DNA of 64,000 bases, filler included, from Stramenopiles sp. TOSAG23-3 (Eukaryota): the NCBI GenBank assembly GCA_900128585.1. It is 4 parts of 4 records of this genome, joined end to end, with 100 filler letters (N's around TTAATTAATTAA, not from the genome) between each part and the next. Parts side by side here need not be neighbours in the genome. Positions count along the whole stretch, not along the records: positions 16,699 to 33,254 come from LT642483.1; 3 more parts are not named here. One strand, given 5' to 3'. Under the pieces are notes generated by a model. The model had not been told where the DNA came from. It did no database searches and was given only the letters and a program-made list of their open reading frames with translations. Below are positions 20,265 to 31,500 of the stretch, piece by piece. The translations under genes were made by a program, and so were the position numbers. Every line of letters starts with the position of its first letter. Position 1 is the first letter of the stretch.

Positions 20265-23105
20265 ATGGACTCGCCCACACGAGAGTTGGCGAATACGCTG
20301 GCGGCAGTTGACCGCGACCTGGAGGAGATGGAAAAGCATCAAAGGGAGCACGAGACCATTTTGAACGATTACGATAGACTGTCAAAGACTGACGTTGGAA
20401 TCAGTACAAAGCCGGACGGCACTGTTGACTTAAAAGACTTGATCGCTCACCATAGGTCGAAAGCGTTGGGAAATGAACAGCCCACATACATCCAACCGGG
20501 GCCAGGCTTCCTGCACGGGACCGTAGTCGCCGCGAAAGACTTGCACGCCGCAGACGGCACGTGCGACCCCTTCGTTAAGGTCAGCTACGTTCCCCCGGTA
20601 GAGGGCACTGTGAAAACAAGCATGATCTTTCGCTGCAAGGAGACAGTCCACACCACTGGGGTAGTCCCCAAAACCACGGAGCCGACGTTTGCCGACGGTG
20701 CGTTCATTTTCGAAGTCGCGCCCCCCGCCGCCGGCGACGGGGTGCCGTTTCATATTGAGAGTGACTGGTCGCGCCTCCAAGGCGACTTGCTCTTTACGGC
20801 ATACGACTGCAACAATGGCATGCGCAACGAGCGCATGGGCCAGGTCGTGTTTCCCCTTCGATCGTTGGTAGACGGCACCTCCCCCTCGACCGTGGAAGGG
20901 GGTCCGCAAAAGATCCACGACCGGTGGTTCGACATGGAAACCAGCGGAAAATCGAAGAATAGCAGCCCCAAACTCCGCCTGCAAATGACTCTTATCCTGC
21001 CCAACGAGGTAAAGCGCTCCGTGGGAGAGTATGATGAGGTCGAATTCAAAGACACAGTGGCGGGCGGAGTCGCGCGTGCGTTGGAAGACGAGGACGAAAA
21101 CGACTTTGAGCACAAGATGGCCGACGGGCTGGGGAGCAGCACGGAAGAAGAGGAGGCCGCACCCTTGAAAGCCGTCCAGGCGAAGAGAAAGAAGAAGGTG
21201 AAAAAGAAGACGAAGATAAAGATAGACCGGGGGGCAGAAAGAAGGGAGCGAGAGCGAAAGCTGATTGCGAAGGAAAACCTGATTCTCCAGATGCGAATGG
21301 AAAAGGCGATGAAGGACCGGGCGAAGAGGCCCTCCCCGTACGGCGTGAACAAAGCCTCCTCCATGAAACAGTTCAACGCGGACAAAAAGAACGCCAGGGA
21401 ACGCCTCGCGAAGCGAATCGCGGACGAGGACAAGATTCTGAAAGAGCGAATCGCGAAGGTCCGTGGGCGGCCGAAGAAAAACCGCTTCGAAGGCATGGAC
21501 GAAACGTTGATCGCGGAGCACCACGCAGAGCAAGCGGCAAAGGACAAAAAGAAAGCCCTTGAAGTCGCCGGGAGGAGGTACAAAAAGCAGATCGAACTGA
21601 TGGAGCAGATAAACAACTTGACTGCCGAAATCCGTAACGTTCGCGAGGAGGCCAGCCTCCTCAAAAGCAAGAGTCAGCGGCTCGAGACATCCACGAAGAA
21701 GAACGCTGCCCTGCTGCAGAAGGCTTTGGACCGGAGAGAAGAGCGAGAAATCAATATGCAGCGAGAGAAGAAAGTCCGAACCAGCGCCCTGCCCAAAGGA
21801 GCCCGCTCATCCCTGACAAAGTTTGCGGAAGCCCGCGAGTCGGACTTTACAAAGTTGCAGCGCGAGTACGACGCCCAGAATGGTAAAGATTCAAAGCCAC
21901 AGGTAAAGGAACTGTACGGGGGGGATGACAAGGAAGGCGAACTGGACGATTTGAAAATACAGCTGCGCCATGCCTCGAGTACATACGAGCAGAAACAGCG
22001 GCGGCGGCGTGAACTGGTGAAACAGGCGAAAACGTCCCGCGAGCGGCACAAGGAACTGACGAAGGACATCGAAGAGGCTGACATAAAGCTGAAGGAAGTC
22101 GAAAAGCGTCGCCAGCACCGAATCGCAAAGTTCAGCAACAGTCCCGGCAAGCCTTCGAACGATGCGGAAGAGCAATACCGAATTGAACAGGTCCACAAGA
22201 TCAACCAGCAAGAGCGGCAAACGAAGATAGAAATACGAAGCTTGGAGGCTGAGATAGAAGAGTTGGAGTACACGGAGAAAATGCGAAAGGAGGCGCACGC
22301 GGACGAATTGGCAGAGCTGAAGATGCGCATCGCCGATGAAAGCGACCGGCTAAAAGCTGCCACCGAGAAACGCGATGGTATCAAGGCGGAAGTAGACCAG
22401 ATTGAAAGCGACAAAACGATCCATGCCTTGGAGAGTGAGGTGAGGGACTTGCGGCACCTTGCCGCATTGTGTCGTGTGAGCGAGTCGAATCGCCGAGAGC
22501 TTGAGCGACTGACCCCTCAGAGCAGTGTTGTGGTGGACTCTGAGGGTAGCCTGGAACGCGCCGAGGAGGAGGAGGAGGAAGCCGTTTCCGATGAAGAGGC
22601 AGAAGACGCCGTGGAATCGAAGGTTGGCGAGACCAGTGCAGGCCGAGACGAGGAGGTGGGCGAAGATTCCGCAGCTGAAGAGGATTTGCAAAGTCAGATC
22701 TCTGAGAATGAGGAAGAGCTGGAGGAAATGTCCGGGGGCAACCAAAGAGAAGAAGAGGAAGAGATCTCAGCAGCCGAAGACGAAGAAGCCGTTGAAGGTG
22801 GCAAGAACTCTGTCGTCGATTCGGAAGAAGAGCTGGAAGGGGGCGGAATTTCTCTCGACGAAGAGGAGGGTGGAATTTCGTTCGTCGAAGGAGAGGACGA
22901 TATGGACGATGGTGGCATTTCAGTCGACGACGAAAATGAGGGAGAAGGCCTGCGATCAGACGAGGACGACGAGGGAGGTATCTCGGTGGACGACCACGAC
23001 CAGGAAGACGAGAGTGACGATGATTTGTCCATGTTAGAAGATACAAGTAGCGAAGATGATGAGCAAGGTACCATCATGGACTTAAGCCTTAATGAATCGG
23101 TATGA
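20265..23105 (+). CDS. C2-domain coiled-coil protein with acidic tail
   Basis: LHGTVVAAKDLHAADGTCDPFVKVSY...TGVVPKTTEPTF (C2); long K/E/R coiled coil; D/E-rich C-terminus with GGIS.D repeats. Confidence 0.85.
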   Translation: MDSPTRELANTLAAVDRDLEEMEKHQREHETILNDYDRLSKTDVGISTKPDGTVDLKDLIAHHRSKALGNEQPTYIQPGPGFLHGTVVAAKDLHAADGTCDPFVKVSYVPPVEGTVKTSMIFRCKETVHTTGVVPKTTEPTFADGAFIFEVAPPAAGDGVPFHIESDWSRLQGDLLFTAYDCNNGMRNERMGQVVFPLRSLVDGTSPSTVEGGPQKIHDRWFDMETSGKSKNSSPKLRLQMTLILPNEVKRSVGEYDEVEFKDTVAGGVARALEDEDENDFEHKMADGLGSSTEEEEAAPLKAVQAKRKKKVKKKTKIKIDRGAERRERERKLIAKENLILQMRMEKAMKDRAKRPSPYGVNKASSMKQFNADKKNARERLAKRIADEDKILKERIAKVRGRPKKNRFEGMDETLIAEHHAEQAAKDKKKALEVAGRRYKKQIELMEQINNLTAEIRNVREEASLLKSKSQRLETSTKKNAALLQKALDRREEREINMQREKKVRTSALPKGARSSLTKFAEARESDFTKLQREYDAQNGKDSKPQVKELYGGDDKEGELDDLKIQLRHASSTYEQKQRRRRELVKQAKTSRERHKELTKDIEEADIKLKEVEKRRQHRIAKFSNSPGKPSNDAEEQYRIEQVHKINQQERQTKIEIRSLEAEIEELEYTEKMRKEAHADELAELKMRIADESDRLKAATEKRDGIKAEVDQIESDKTIHALESEVRDLRHLAALCRVSESNRRELERLTPQSSVVVDSEGSLERAEEEEEEAVSDEEAEDAVESKVGETSAGRDEEVGEDSAAEEDLQSQISENEEELEEMSGGNQREEEEEISAAEDEEAVEGGKNSVVDSEEELEGGGISLDEEEGGISFVEGEDDMDDGGISVDDENEGEGLRSDEDDEGGISVDDHDQEDESDDDLSMLEDTSSEDDEQGTIMDLSLNESV

Positions 23106-23196
23106 ATTCGTCGGTATTAACTGTTGATTTTTAAAGCAGACGTAACTCTATCGTATACCTACGTTAGGGTAGAAGCACAAACGGGTCTCTGCCCAC

Positions 23197-23391
23197 TCAC
23201 ATCCGCCGCCCCTGACTCCCGCCGCCCGCCTGTGCAGGTGGGGTCTCATACTGTCGCGGGCTTGTTTCACGTGTACCTTGCCCCCTTCTTCTGTTCGGTG
23301 AGTTCTGGGCCCCTGCCTTGTTCTGGTTAACGTTCGTAAACTCTTCGTCAACGTCTTTCAGCTCGATACGAGTTGGTTTCAGCCTCAACAT
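23197..23391 (-). CDS. CDC26: Anaphase-promoting complex subunit CDC26/APC12
   Basis: N-terminus MLRLKPTRIELKDVDEEF matches the CDC26 signature MLRRKPTRLELK..DIEEF; small with disordered tail. Confidence 0.85.
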   Translation of the reverse strand: MLRLKPTRIELKDVDEEFTNVNQNKAGAQNSPNRRRGQGTRETSPRQYETPPAQAGGGSQGRRM

Positions 23392-24109
23392 CTTTTGAAT
23401 ACTAACTATATCCTACGTAGCGGGGTTGTCGTTTCTGTCCGAGTGTGAATGCACAACCTTCGTTTCGAACAGCAAACTCTTCAAAAGAATCTCTGTCTCT
23501 TAACAAATAATCGACCTTCTTCAAGCCAACAATCTATTCTGTATGTATCCAATAGATGTAGTTTTAAAATATATTAATCTATTAAAAAGTAAAGTGTCGT
23601 GAGAGAAGACTTAGTAATTCGCGAGAACGTGAAGAATAATTGCACAAAGTGAATAATCGATTGAAATGAATTGAAACCCCCCAAGTTTAAATTATTATTA
23701 TTTCAATAACATACACACAACAGTATATAAACTTTATAATAATTATATAGACTAATAATATTAATAATTTTCTTCTCTTATTGTTGCTATAGTAGTAGTG
23801 TACATAGACACACTATACTTATAAAAAAAAATATTATTTTTTTTAAATAATGTTTTTTTGAATAATTATTTATTATGTGTTTCTCCTCCTCCTCCTTCTT
23901 CTTTAAAGTTGAATTCAAATTCAACCAATGTCGATCGATAGCATTTAAACACATTGGAAATTTTTTTTAAATGAATGTTCACTTCAAAGATATGAAATTA
24001 GCCAAGTTTTTTTTTCATCTAAATTGAATTGAACAAAGGAATATCCTGATTGACGAAAGGAAAGAAGACTGGTGCCATAGTGTACAATTTTCGTCATATT
24101 TTTGAAAGT

Positions 24110-26053
24110 ATGTCGAGCAGGGACTCGCGACGGGGCCCAGCTCGAAAAGTCTTGGTGACGAAGAAGATTACTCTTGGGGCTTTTCCACAAGATCATGGCG
24201 ATGGGCATGATAATTTGGAACCGAAACGCATTGGGTCCAGTGGCAATCCCCGTAAAAATGTAAGCAGGAAAATTATCCGTGTACAGAGGGATCGTTTGAG
24301 GGAAATTCCGAAACCAGATCTTCCGCTGTTGCACACCGAACCGCGCGGAGTAAAACCAAATAGAAACACGGCGAGGGGGACGAAAAAGGCTCGAAATACT
24401 AGACATAACGTAGAAGAAGGGGTGGTAGGTAATAGTTTTTTGAACAGGACAGTCGCTGCCAGGGACGCTGCTGAAAAAGACGGGCCTAGCCCAAGCCGTT
24501 GTACTGCGCTTTCAAAAGAGCTGGCGACGGACGAAGGGGGTTGTACATTAAAAGAGCCGACGCAGGGGAGCGTTGACAAGGAAGCGCCAAGAACGGTCAG
24601 CAGCAGCGGCGCCCTCCGCATTGCAGGTTTAATTGAACGTTTCAGGACTGCTCCACCGAGGAAGCGGGAGGATAGAAAACCTGCATCTTTAGGGGAATCT
24701 GTGGTGAAGCTTGCTGGCCAGTCGAGCGACTCCGAAGTTGGCAGCCCTGCCCGTGTTAAAAGAGGGGGCATTTCTGGGAATGACGGCGACGCTTCACCGC
24801 CGCCTCCGGCGCCGAGTGCAGCGGCCCTTCCCAGTCCCCCCCCGACTCCAACCTTTAGAAAGAAGCGATTGCAGCGACAAGAGCGGAAATGGTACTACAT
24901 TGACACGGTACAGGGCGACGTCCAATGCGGAGCGTACAGTACGAAGCAAATGTTGAACCTGATAGACGAAAATTGTAACTGCGTGGAAGCAACTCCCGTG
25001 TGGTGCCACGGCCTTCCCGATTGGATACAAATGTGCGAGGTCCCGTTCTTTCAATCGAGGTTTGCTGCGAATAAAGTGGTGCTGGATTCTGAAAGTGATT
25101 TGTCGGGGTGCGTGGAGGAGGGCAGTAGTTGGGTTGAAACTTCAAGTATCGTGGACGCTGTAGACCCGGTAGAATCATCGCCGCGGACTCCTGCCTCTTT
25201 CCAACAGCCGGTGGCGTCTCCGGGCCCCGTTGCTTCTCCTTCACCGGCTACCAAGAGGAGGAGGAGCGATGAGAGCGATGCTATACGGGACATTGTCCGT
25301 GGCATCGAAGCCTTTGTAAAAGATGATAACCGTGAAATATCCCCGAATAAGTTCACAGCCGTGGCCTGTGGCCCGATTGCCTCTGTGCGGGACGAAATTG
25401 TACAAACGGAGTGGGTCGAAACCGTGTCGGTGACGTGCTCCACTGCAGAACAAGGCCTTGCAGTAGAAAATCACGCCAAAGCGGCCCCGAAGGTCCTTGA
25501 CGCCGCTTCCCAGGTATCGGCAGACACAGAAGATAATTGGTATGAAGACCATGTTCAGGGAGTGCTGAACAAAATGTCCAATTCCCCCTCTTCTTCCCCG
25601 CGCCAGCCTGAAGCCGTCCCGAAACGTGCCAGTTCGCTGTCAGCGGCGGCCCCATCATCTCCAACCCCGATCGTAGAAACGAACACGGCAACCGATGAGT
25701 CGCAGTATAGCCGAGACAAGAGTGATGAGGTCGAACGCTCTTCCGTCGTCCCAGTAGTGCCCCATGCGATGATGCACAGGGATTGTCCCAACCCGGTCGT
25801 AAACTCGCTCGAAGCTCTGCAGTCCTTGATTTCCAGAGTAAAAGTAGAGAAACAAAACATTGCAAGAAAAAAGGTGAACATGCCAGCAATTCTTGGAGAT
25901 GGGTACGTAGTGCGAGTCGGTGGTGGACTAATGCCGGTTGCCCCTGTTGTAGAAAACATTTCCCCCGCCTCGCCGCAGCTTCCATCGCTTCTACGAGACC
26001 TCATTGACACGGTGGAGAGAGAGAAGCGGCGGATTTCAAACCTTCGTTTGTAA
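24110..26053 (+). CDS. Disordered protein with central GYF_2 (DUF4339-like) domain
   Basis: WYYIDTVQGDVQCGAYSTKQMLNLI...TPVWCHGLPDW. First ATG at 24110. Confidence 0.75.
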   Translation: MSSRDSRRGPARKVLVTKKITLGAFPQDHGDGHDNLEPKRIGSSGNPRKNVSRKIIRVQRDRLREIPKPDLPLLHTEPRGVKPNRNTARGTKKARNTRHNVEEGVVGNSFLNRTVAARDAAEKDGPSPSRCTALSKELATDEGGCTLKEPTQGSVDKEAPRTVSSSGALRIAGLIERFRTAPPRKREDRKPASLGESVVKLAGQSSDSEVGSPARVKRGGISGNDGDASPPPPAPSAAALPSPPPTPTFRKKRLQRQERKWYYIDTVQGDVQCGAYSTKQMLNLIDENCNCVEATPVWCHGLPDWIQMCEVPFFQSRFAANKVVLDSESDLSGCVEEGSSWVETSSIVDAVDPVESSPRTPASFQQPVASPGPVASPSPATKRRRSDESDAIRDIVRGIEAFVKDDNREISPNKFTAVACGPIASVRDEIVQTEWVETVSVTCSTAEQGLAVENHAKAAPKVLDAASQVSADTEDNWYEDHVQGVLNKMSNSPSSSPRQPEAVPKRASSLSAAAPSSPTPIVETNTATDESQYSRDKSDEVERSSVVPVVPHAMMHRDCPNPVVNSLEALQSLISRVKVEKQNIARKKVNMPAILGDGYVVRVGGGLMPVAPVVENISPASPQLPSLLRDLIDTVEREKRRISNLRL

Positions 26054-26656
26054 ACCGGTAAGAATCTTAGGTACCAGTGTTTTTCGATTTGTAATTTTTA
26101 TTGTGTTAAAAATTGCAGCGGAGTGGGGAGTGGCTGTTCGTAGCTTTGTGTAGAAAAATATTTATTATAACAACATCTCTCAAAATCAGCAGATTTAGTA
26201 ATAATAATAAATTGCAATTATATATAATAAATATTATTATCTTCCATACCATTATCATCATGGCCATACCACCAAGATAGTAGTAGGACTACTATTAATA
26301 TTCCACCATTCCACCTACTACTAATGTATAATAAAAATAATTAATACACACTAAAATAATCTTTCTTCTCTCCGACTTCGTCGTGGTAGTCTACGGGTAC
26401 GAATAAAAGGAACGACGGTACCCAGTAAAAAAAAAAAAATGTGAATCATCGTCGAGAAGAAATCCAACCCTTCCTTTGTCCTATCCACTCAAAAAAAAAA
26501 TTATTATATCTGCTTCTTCATTTCGAACCGACCCAACCCTTTGAAACCGAACGACACCGTCACGGTTGCCTTGGAATTGAAAGGTCCGGAGCATTTCAAA
26601 GCAAAGACAGGGTCCTCTGTTCCAAAGAACTTTCTAGCCTTTGACGGGAGGACGGG

Positions 26657-28270
26657 ATGAAAGTTGGTGGCGACGGGCCGGCCCTCTCCCTTGCCTGCGG
26701 GGCAAGCTACTCCGTTCGTTCTAGGTACCATGGGCGCGGGGGCGTACTGTTTGCATGGGGGGGTCCGGACAACAAGCATTTTGCGTCGTCCGGAACCTCC
26801 AAAGTCGTCCACGTCTTTCGCAGGGATGTTGCTGGCTTCAACCTGGTAGACCAGATCATGCCGCCAGGGTCGAAGGTCTGCAGCGGACTTGCGTGGACTG
26901 CCGACGGCGAAATCTTGGCGGTCGCGCAGGAAAACTCCTCGCTGCTGGTGCTTTGGTTCGCATCGACGAAGAAGTACAAGACATACGACGTTGGCATTCG
27001 GGACCTTACGATGATCAAGTGGTGCCGGGTAAGCTCGCACCTGGCGGTAGGCACCAGCAGGGGGAGCGTGTGCATTGTAGACGCGTTTTCTTGGTCCCAC
27101 GTGACCGTGGAACGAAGAAAGCGCTCGCGGGTCCGGGACGGGGCGTGGAGCAGCACGACCAACCGTTTCGCGTTCCAGTGTGAAGATGCCGGTGATGTTT
27201 TGATCGTGAACACCGAAGGCCGGGTCCTTCAGCGAATATGCGTTAAGGGGGCGGTGCTTTCGATGGCGTATAATTCGTTCATGCCGCGCTGTCGCAAACG
27301 GCAGGGCGCAGGCCGGGGGAGCAGTGCTGGGGGGAATGGGGCAAAGAAGAAAATGGACGGTTTGGTGTGCGACGATGATGAAATGGACGAAGAGGACGGT
27401 TTGGAGGGTATACTGTTGCCGGGGGGTGCCAGCGACGTTGCAGTGGTCAGCCTGTCGCACTGCGCCAGAAACGAGGCGGTGTCGTTGAACGTCAACGGGA
27501 AGTACATTTTGTTTTACCGAATTTCGGACGGGCATCAAATGGAGTTGAGTTTTGAGCCACGGTACGGGGATATCGTTGCGCACCATTGGATGTCTGAAAA
27601 GGTGTTTTTGGTAGGATTTTCCGGCGGCAACATCGTCATGGTCAACGTGCAGCATCACGATCGCGAGCTGTTTTGCCTGGAAGTGCCCAGAGCCGGGCTT
27701 GCGGGGGAATCGTTCGGCGGGGCACCCACCAATAGAAGCGGCCTTGTTGGCGGAACGACCGGCAGCGCTGGTGGGTCCAGCGCCGGTATTCATGGCCACG
27801 ACGGCTCTGGCAACAACAACCCCGCCGGCCATAGCAATGCCGCGTTCCATTACTCGAAGCAGTCCAAGGTGGCGTGCTTTCGGGACAAAGCAACGGTGAC
27901 ATTTATAGACCTAAGCGGGCACCAAAGAAGCCGGCCAGAGCTCGTGCAAGTTAGTTTTATGGGCTCCGAGGAGGACCACATCGTGCTGTCTCCCGACGGG
28001 GCTATGCTGACCATCACCGGGGTCCACGGCAATTTATGGCACTACGTCACCAGCCATTTTCTGCGTGCGAAAGAAAAACCTGCCGCTTTCAGCGTCAGGG
28101 CCGCGAAGACGTTTCTTGTAGAGCAGTTTGTCCAACCCGTATCCTCGGAGGTGTTAATCCTGAGCACCTTTTGTGGGATCCTGCTGTTTTCACTTTTTGG
28201 GGCAAACCTGCTCGGGACTTCCACGACTAATTTTTGGTACAGCCTTTTGGGGATGGCACATACACTTTAG
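26657..28270 (+). CDS. WD40 protein resembling the first propeller of IFT144/WDR19, with C-terminal hydrophobic segment
   Basis: LAWTADGEILAVAQENSS...W, LAVGTSRGSV, RVRDGAWS, ELSFEPRYGDIVAHHW...LVGFSGGNIV are collinear with the WDR19 N-terminus as recalled; ends VLILSTFCGILLFSLFGANLLG. Confidence 0.75.
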   Translation: MKVGGDGPALSLACGASYSVRSRYHGRGGVLFAWGGPDNKHFASSGTSKVVHVFRRDVAGFNLVDQIMPPGSKVCSGLAWTADGEILAVAQENSSLLVLWFASTKKYKTYDVGIRDLTMIKWCRVSSHLAVGTSRGSVCIVDAFSWSHVTVERRKRSRVRDGAWSSTTNRFAFQCEDAGDVLIVNTEGRVLQRICVKGAVLSMAYNSFMPRCRKRQGAGRGSSAGGNGAKKKMDGLVCDDDEMDEEDGLEGILLPGGASDVAVVSLSHCARNEAVSLNVNGKYILFYRISDGHQMELSFEPRYGDIVAHHWMSEKVFLVGFSGGNIVMVNVQHHDRELFCLEVPRAGLAGESFGGAPTNRSGLVGGTTGSAGGSSAGIHGHDGSGNNNPAGHSNAAFHYSKQSKVACFRDKATVTFIDLSGHQRSRPELVQVSFMGSEEDHIVLSPDGAMLTITGVHGNLWHYVTSHFLRAKEKPAAFSVRAAKTFLVEQFVQPVSSEVLILSTFCGILLFSLFGANLLGTSTTNFWYSLLGMAHTL

Positions 28271-28527
28271 TGCTGGCATTTTATAGGGCCCGTGTATAAA
28301 GTGGCGCCTGCGCGGGCCGCTGTTCGACGAAGAAGGTGGCTTTGAACACCCTCCGCACACGCGTCCTCAACAGCTAACCGGTCAAAATATATCATGCGAA
28401 GTAGCAAGATTTTAAATACTTTTAGAACTTTACAAAACACGCATATCATGCTTTAATACTATCATACACGCGCAAAAACTTACGATAAGAATCTTAATAT
28501 TTTTGTTTGAGAAAAATGTGCATCCGT

Positions 28528-31500
28528 TCACATCACGACGCAAGGCCTGGAGCGCGAGCCGTTCCTTTCATTCGTAAAAACGCTTTCTTCGTTGGATTCT
28601 ACCCTTGTGTTCAGTGCCATCTGGTTTTCGGGGGTGTGGGAGGTCCGTGAATGCCCCCTGGATCTGATGCGGATGCCCAAGGAGGAGGTTCTTCCCCTCG
28701 TGTGATGATGAGAATTGTGAGAAAACTTTTTAATGTTCAAGTGACCGCCCAAAAACAGCGATGTGCGTTTGATACGGCTGGGCGGCCGTATGCCTTTCAT
28801 GACGAAAGGAAGCATTTGAGCCATGGTCTTCCGGTGCAACAGGCGCGTCACAAACCTTGGGCTCTTGGCGCGCCTGCTAAAGTTGCGCGCAAATCGAATG
28901 GGCCGCCCGTACAACGAGACCCACAGTTTGATGCTTTCCGGGCTCGTCTTGATGGACAAAACGTCCAAGCGCTTCGTCGCGTCCCCGTGGTACGTCCCGT
29001 TTTTGAACAAGGTTTTGTTGGCCATGATGCAATCAAACATACAAATCGCAGTCTTGAACTGCTCGTTCCTTACCTTGTTCGAGTTTCCCGCAAAGGTACG
29101 GAACCAGTTGGAGTACGCGTGCTCCATCATGAACACCAGCAGGCTGCTTGTGAACTCAAAGTCCTTCGGGCACTGACGTACGAGCTGGTACACGCAGTCC
29201 AAAAACTGCAGGAAGACAGGGCTGTGGTCCCGGCTTCCGACGAACCGTACCCTCTTCTCAAACATGTGCCCGAAGTCGCACCACTGGCTTTGGACCAAAA
29301 ACACAAACCCTTTGATCGTGCGGTAGAATGGGTCAAGCAAGATCATCGCTGTCGCCCCGACCTGGGGCGTCCTATCCCACCCGTCGCTGCAGTGAATTAG
29401 GCACGACACTCCGCTTTCGAGTTTGTTCACGGCGTACAGGCTCGCGTTCAGGATCATGGACGTGTAATCCAGCCACTTGGACTCATAGATACCGCTCTGC
29501 CAGTCCCCGTTGTAGCCAAACCAGACCAGCTTTTGAAGGGAATTTCTCATGACGTGAATGTTGGGAATGTTGTGGTACAAAAATGAAAACCCTTTGCCGT
29601 AGTTTGCGAGGTTTTCTGTGCCTTTGCCCATCATCTTGTTCGCCACAGCGTTCATGCGCGGCCTCAAATCCATGATGTGCAGCTTTTCGTCTTCTGCCAA
29701 CCCGCTGTACACGGCGTCGTTCGTGCTGGGCGACATGCTCCGTGGAGAGGAGATGGAAGTGACGCCGTGGTGGGTCAGCTTTGCGACGCCTGGCTTCTTT
29801 TTCCGCTGTATGCTCAGGTCGGACAGCTCGGTGCTGAGCTCTACTTGGCCGGTGTTCGTGGGCATGGACGCCCGGCGGGAGGACGACTGCAACGCTTTCT
29901 TCTTTACCTTGGTGGTTCCGGGAGACCCAAACATGTTCTCGGTGGTGGAAAAGCTCGTCTCCTTCGACTTCATCCTGGCAATGGAAGACCGGGAACTCTT
30001 CTTTCCGAAAACGTTGGACCGTGACTTAGACTTCGTCCGGACCGCGGAGAGAAGCATCGACGCGTTGCAGTCTTTGAACGCGTTCAGCATCTTCTGGTCG
30101 GCAGGGGACACGCTCCCCGTAATTCCCGATTTTGGCTGCGCGCAGCGGCTGAGCACGGCCCCGGTCAACGGGTGGCGCCAGATCATAGCAGGGATCCGCC
30201 CCCTGCTTCGGTACAGTGCGACGGCCTCTACCTCGCTGTCGGAAATGGACTCTGGGACCACAAACTCGACCGGGTAGGTGGAGCAGATGTGGTACTCCTT
30301 CTGGGTCACCAGCCGCCAGCCATGCGACAGGTAACCCTGGCGCTTGTGCTCCTCTTCAAGCGTGAACAACCTAGTCTCCGCTTCCACTTCCTCCTTCTCC
30401 AATTGCTCCTTCTCCAACCGCTCCTTCTCCAACCGCTCCTTCTCCAACCGCTCCTTCTCCAACCGCTCCCGCTCTGCGCGCGCGCCACCGTCTCCTTCCT
30501 CCTCCTCCTCCTCTTCCTCCTCCTCTTCCATGTCCAGGACCAGGCTCAGTCGTCCCGACGACAGCGACGAATGCTTAAAGTCCCCCCCCGGGACGGTCTC
30601 CTGTGACAAGATGTCGTCCACCGCCCTCAACAAATCGTCGCTCTCGACCTCAACCACCAGCGGCTCCCCCCTCAGGAGTGCGTCCTCCTCCACGAGCAGC
30701 CACTGGAACGTACTCAGCAAGTTGTCCACGATGACTTCAGGGCTGTACGTCAGTTCTTCCAGGGAGACCTCTTCCTGTGTCCGGTTCCGGCGAAACAGGT
30801 TCCCGCAGCAGCCTCCCCCGTGCACCAGCCGGTTTCCGATGGCCTTTTTCCCCATGTGAAAATAGTACACCCCCGGAATTTTGCACCTGATTTTCAACAG
30901 CGTCCCTTTCCAAATGTGCTCCCCCAGCTCGATGGCGTCGCACGTGGACACTTCCGCTATCCACCCCAACGGTATGTGGATCGTTGCCTTCGATCCATCC
31001 GCCTGCTGCTCCGAGTACGACCGGGAGCGAATAATGTCCGAGCCCAGCTCCGACCGGCTGGACTTTCGGTAGGCCGCCCGGTGGGGGACGAACAGGAAAC
31101 GGTGGGTGCTCAAAATCAGCGCCCCCTGGACGAGCACGTTGTACGGGTTTCCGTTCACCCGACTGTCGGTTCCCATCAGGCAGATGTCGTCTATAATTTC
31201 CTCGACGTACTCGCACGATGGGTTTGGGGCCCGCAGCGCGTTCCGCTTCCCAGCGTTCGCGCCCGCCTCGCAGCACCAGAAATAGTCGTTCCGGTCGTCA
31301 GCGCTGATAGTGTCGTTCAGTAGCGGCGGCGTGTCTACCAAAAGGCGCTCGCCTGTTTCGGTCTCGGCCTTGCTGGGCAAGTCCGATGTGTACGTCAGGC
31401 GTATCCGAACCTTTCCCTGCTCCGGGCCTTCCGTCAGGACGTACCAACACTCCCTCGGGACGTCCTGCCGCAGGCCACCCAGCTCTACGCGGAGCCCGCC

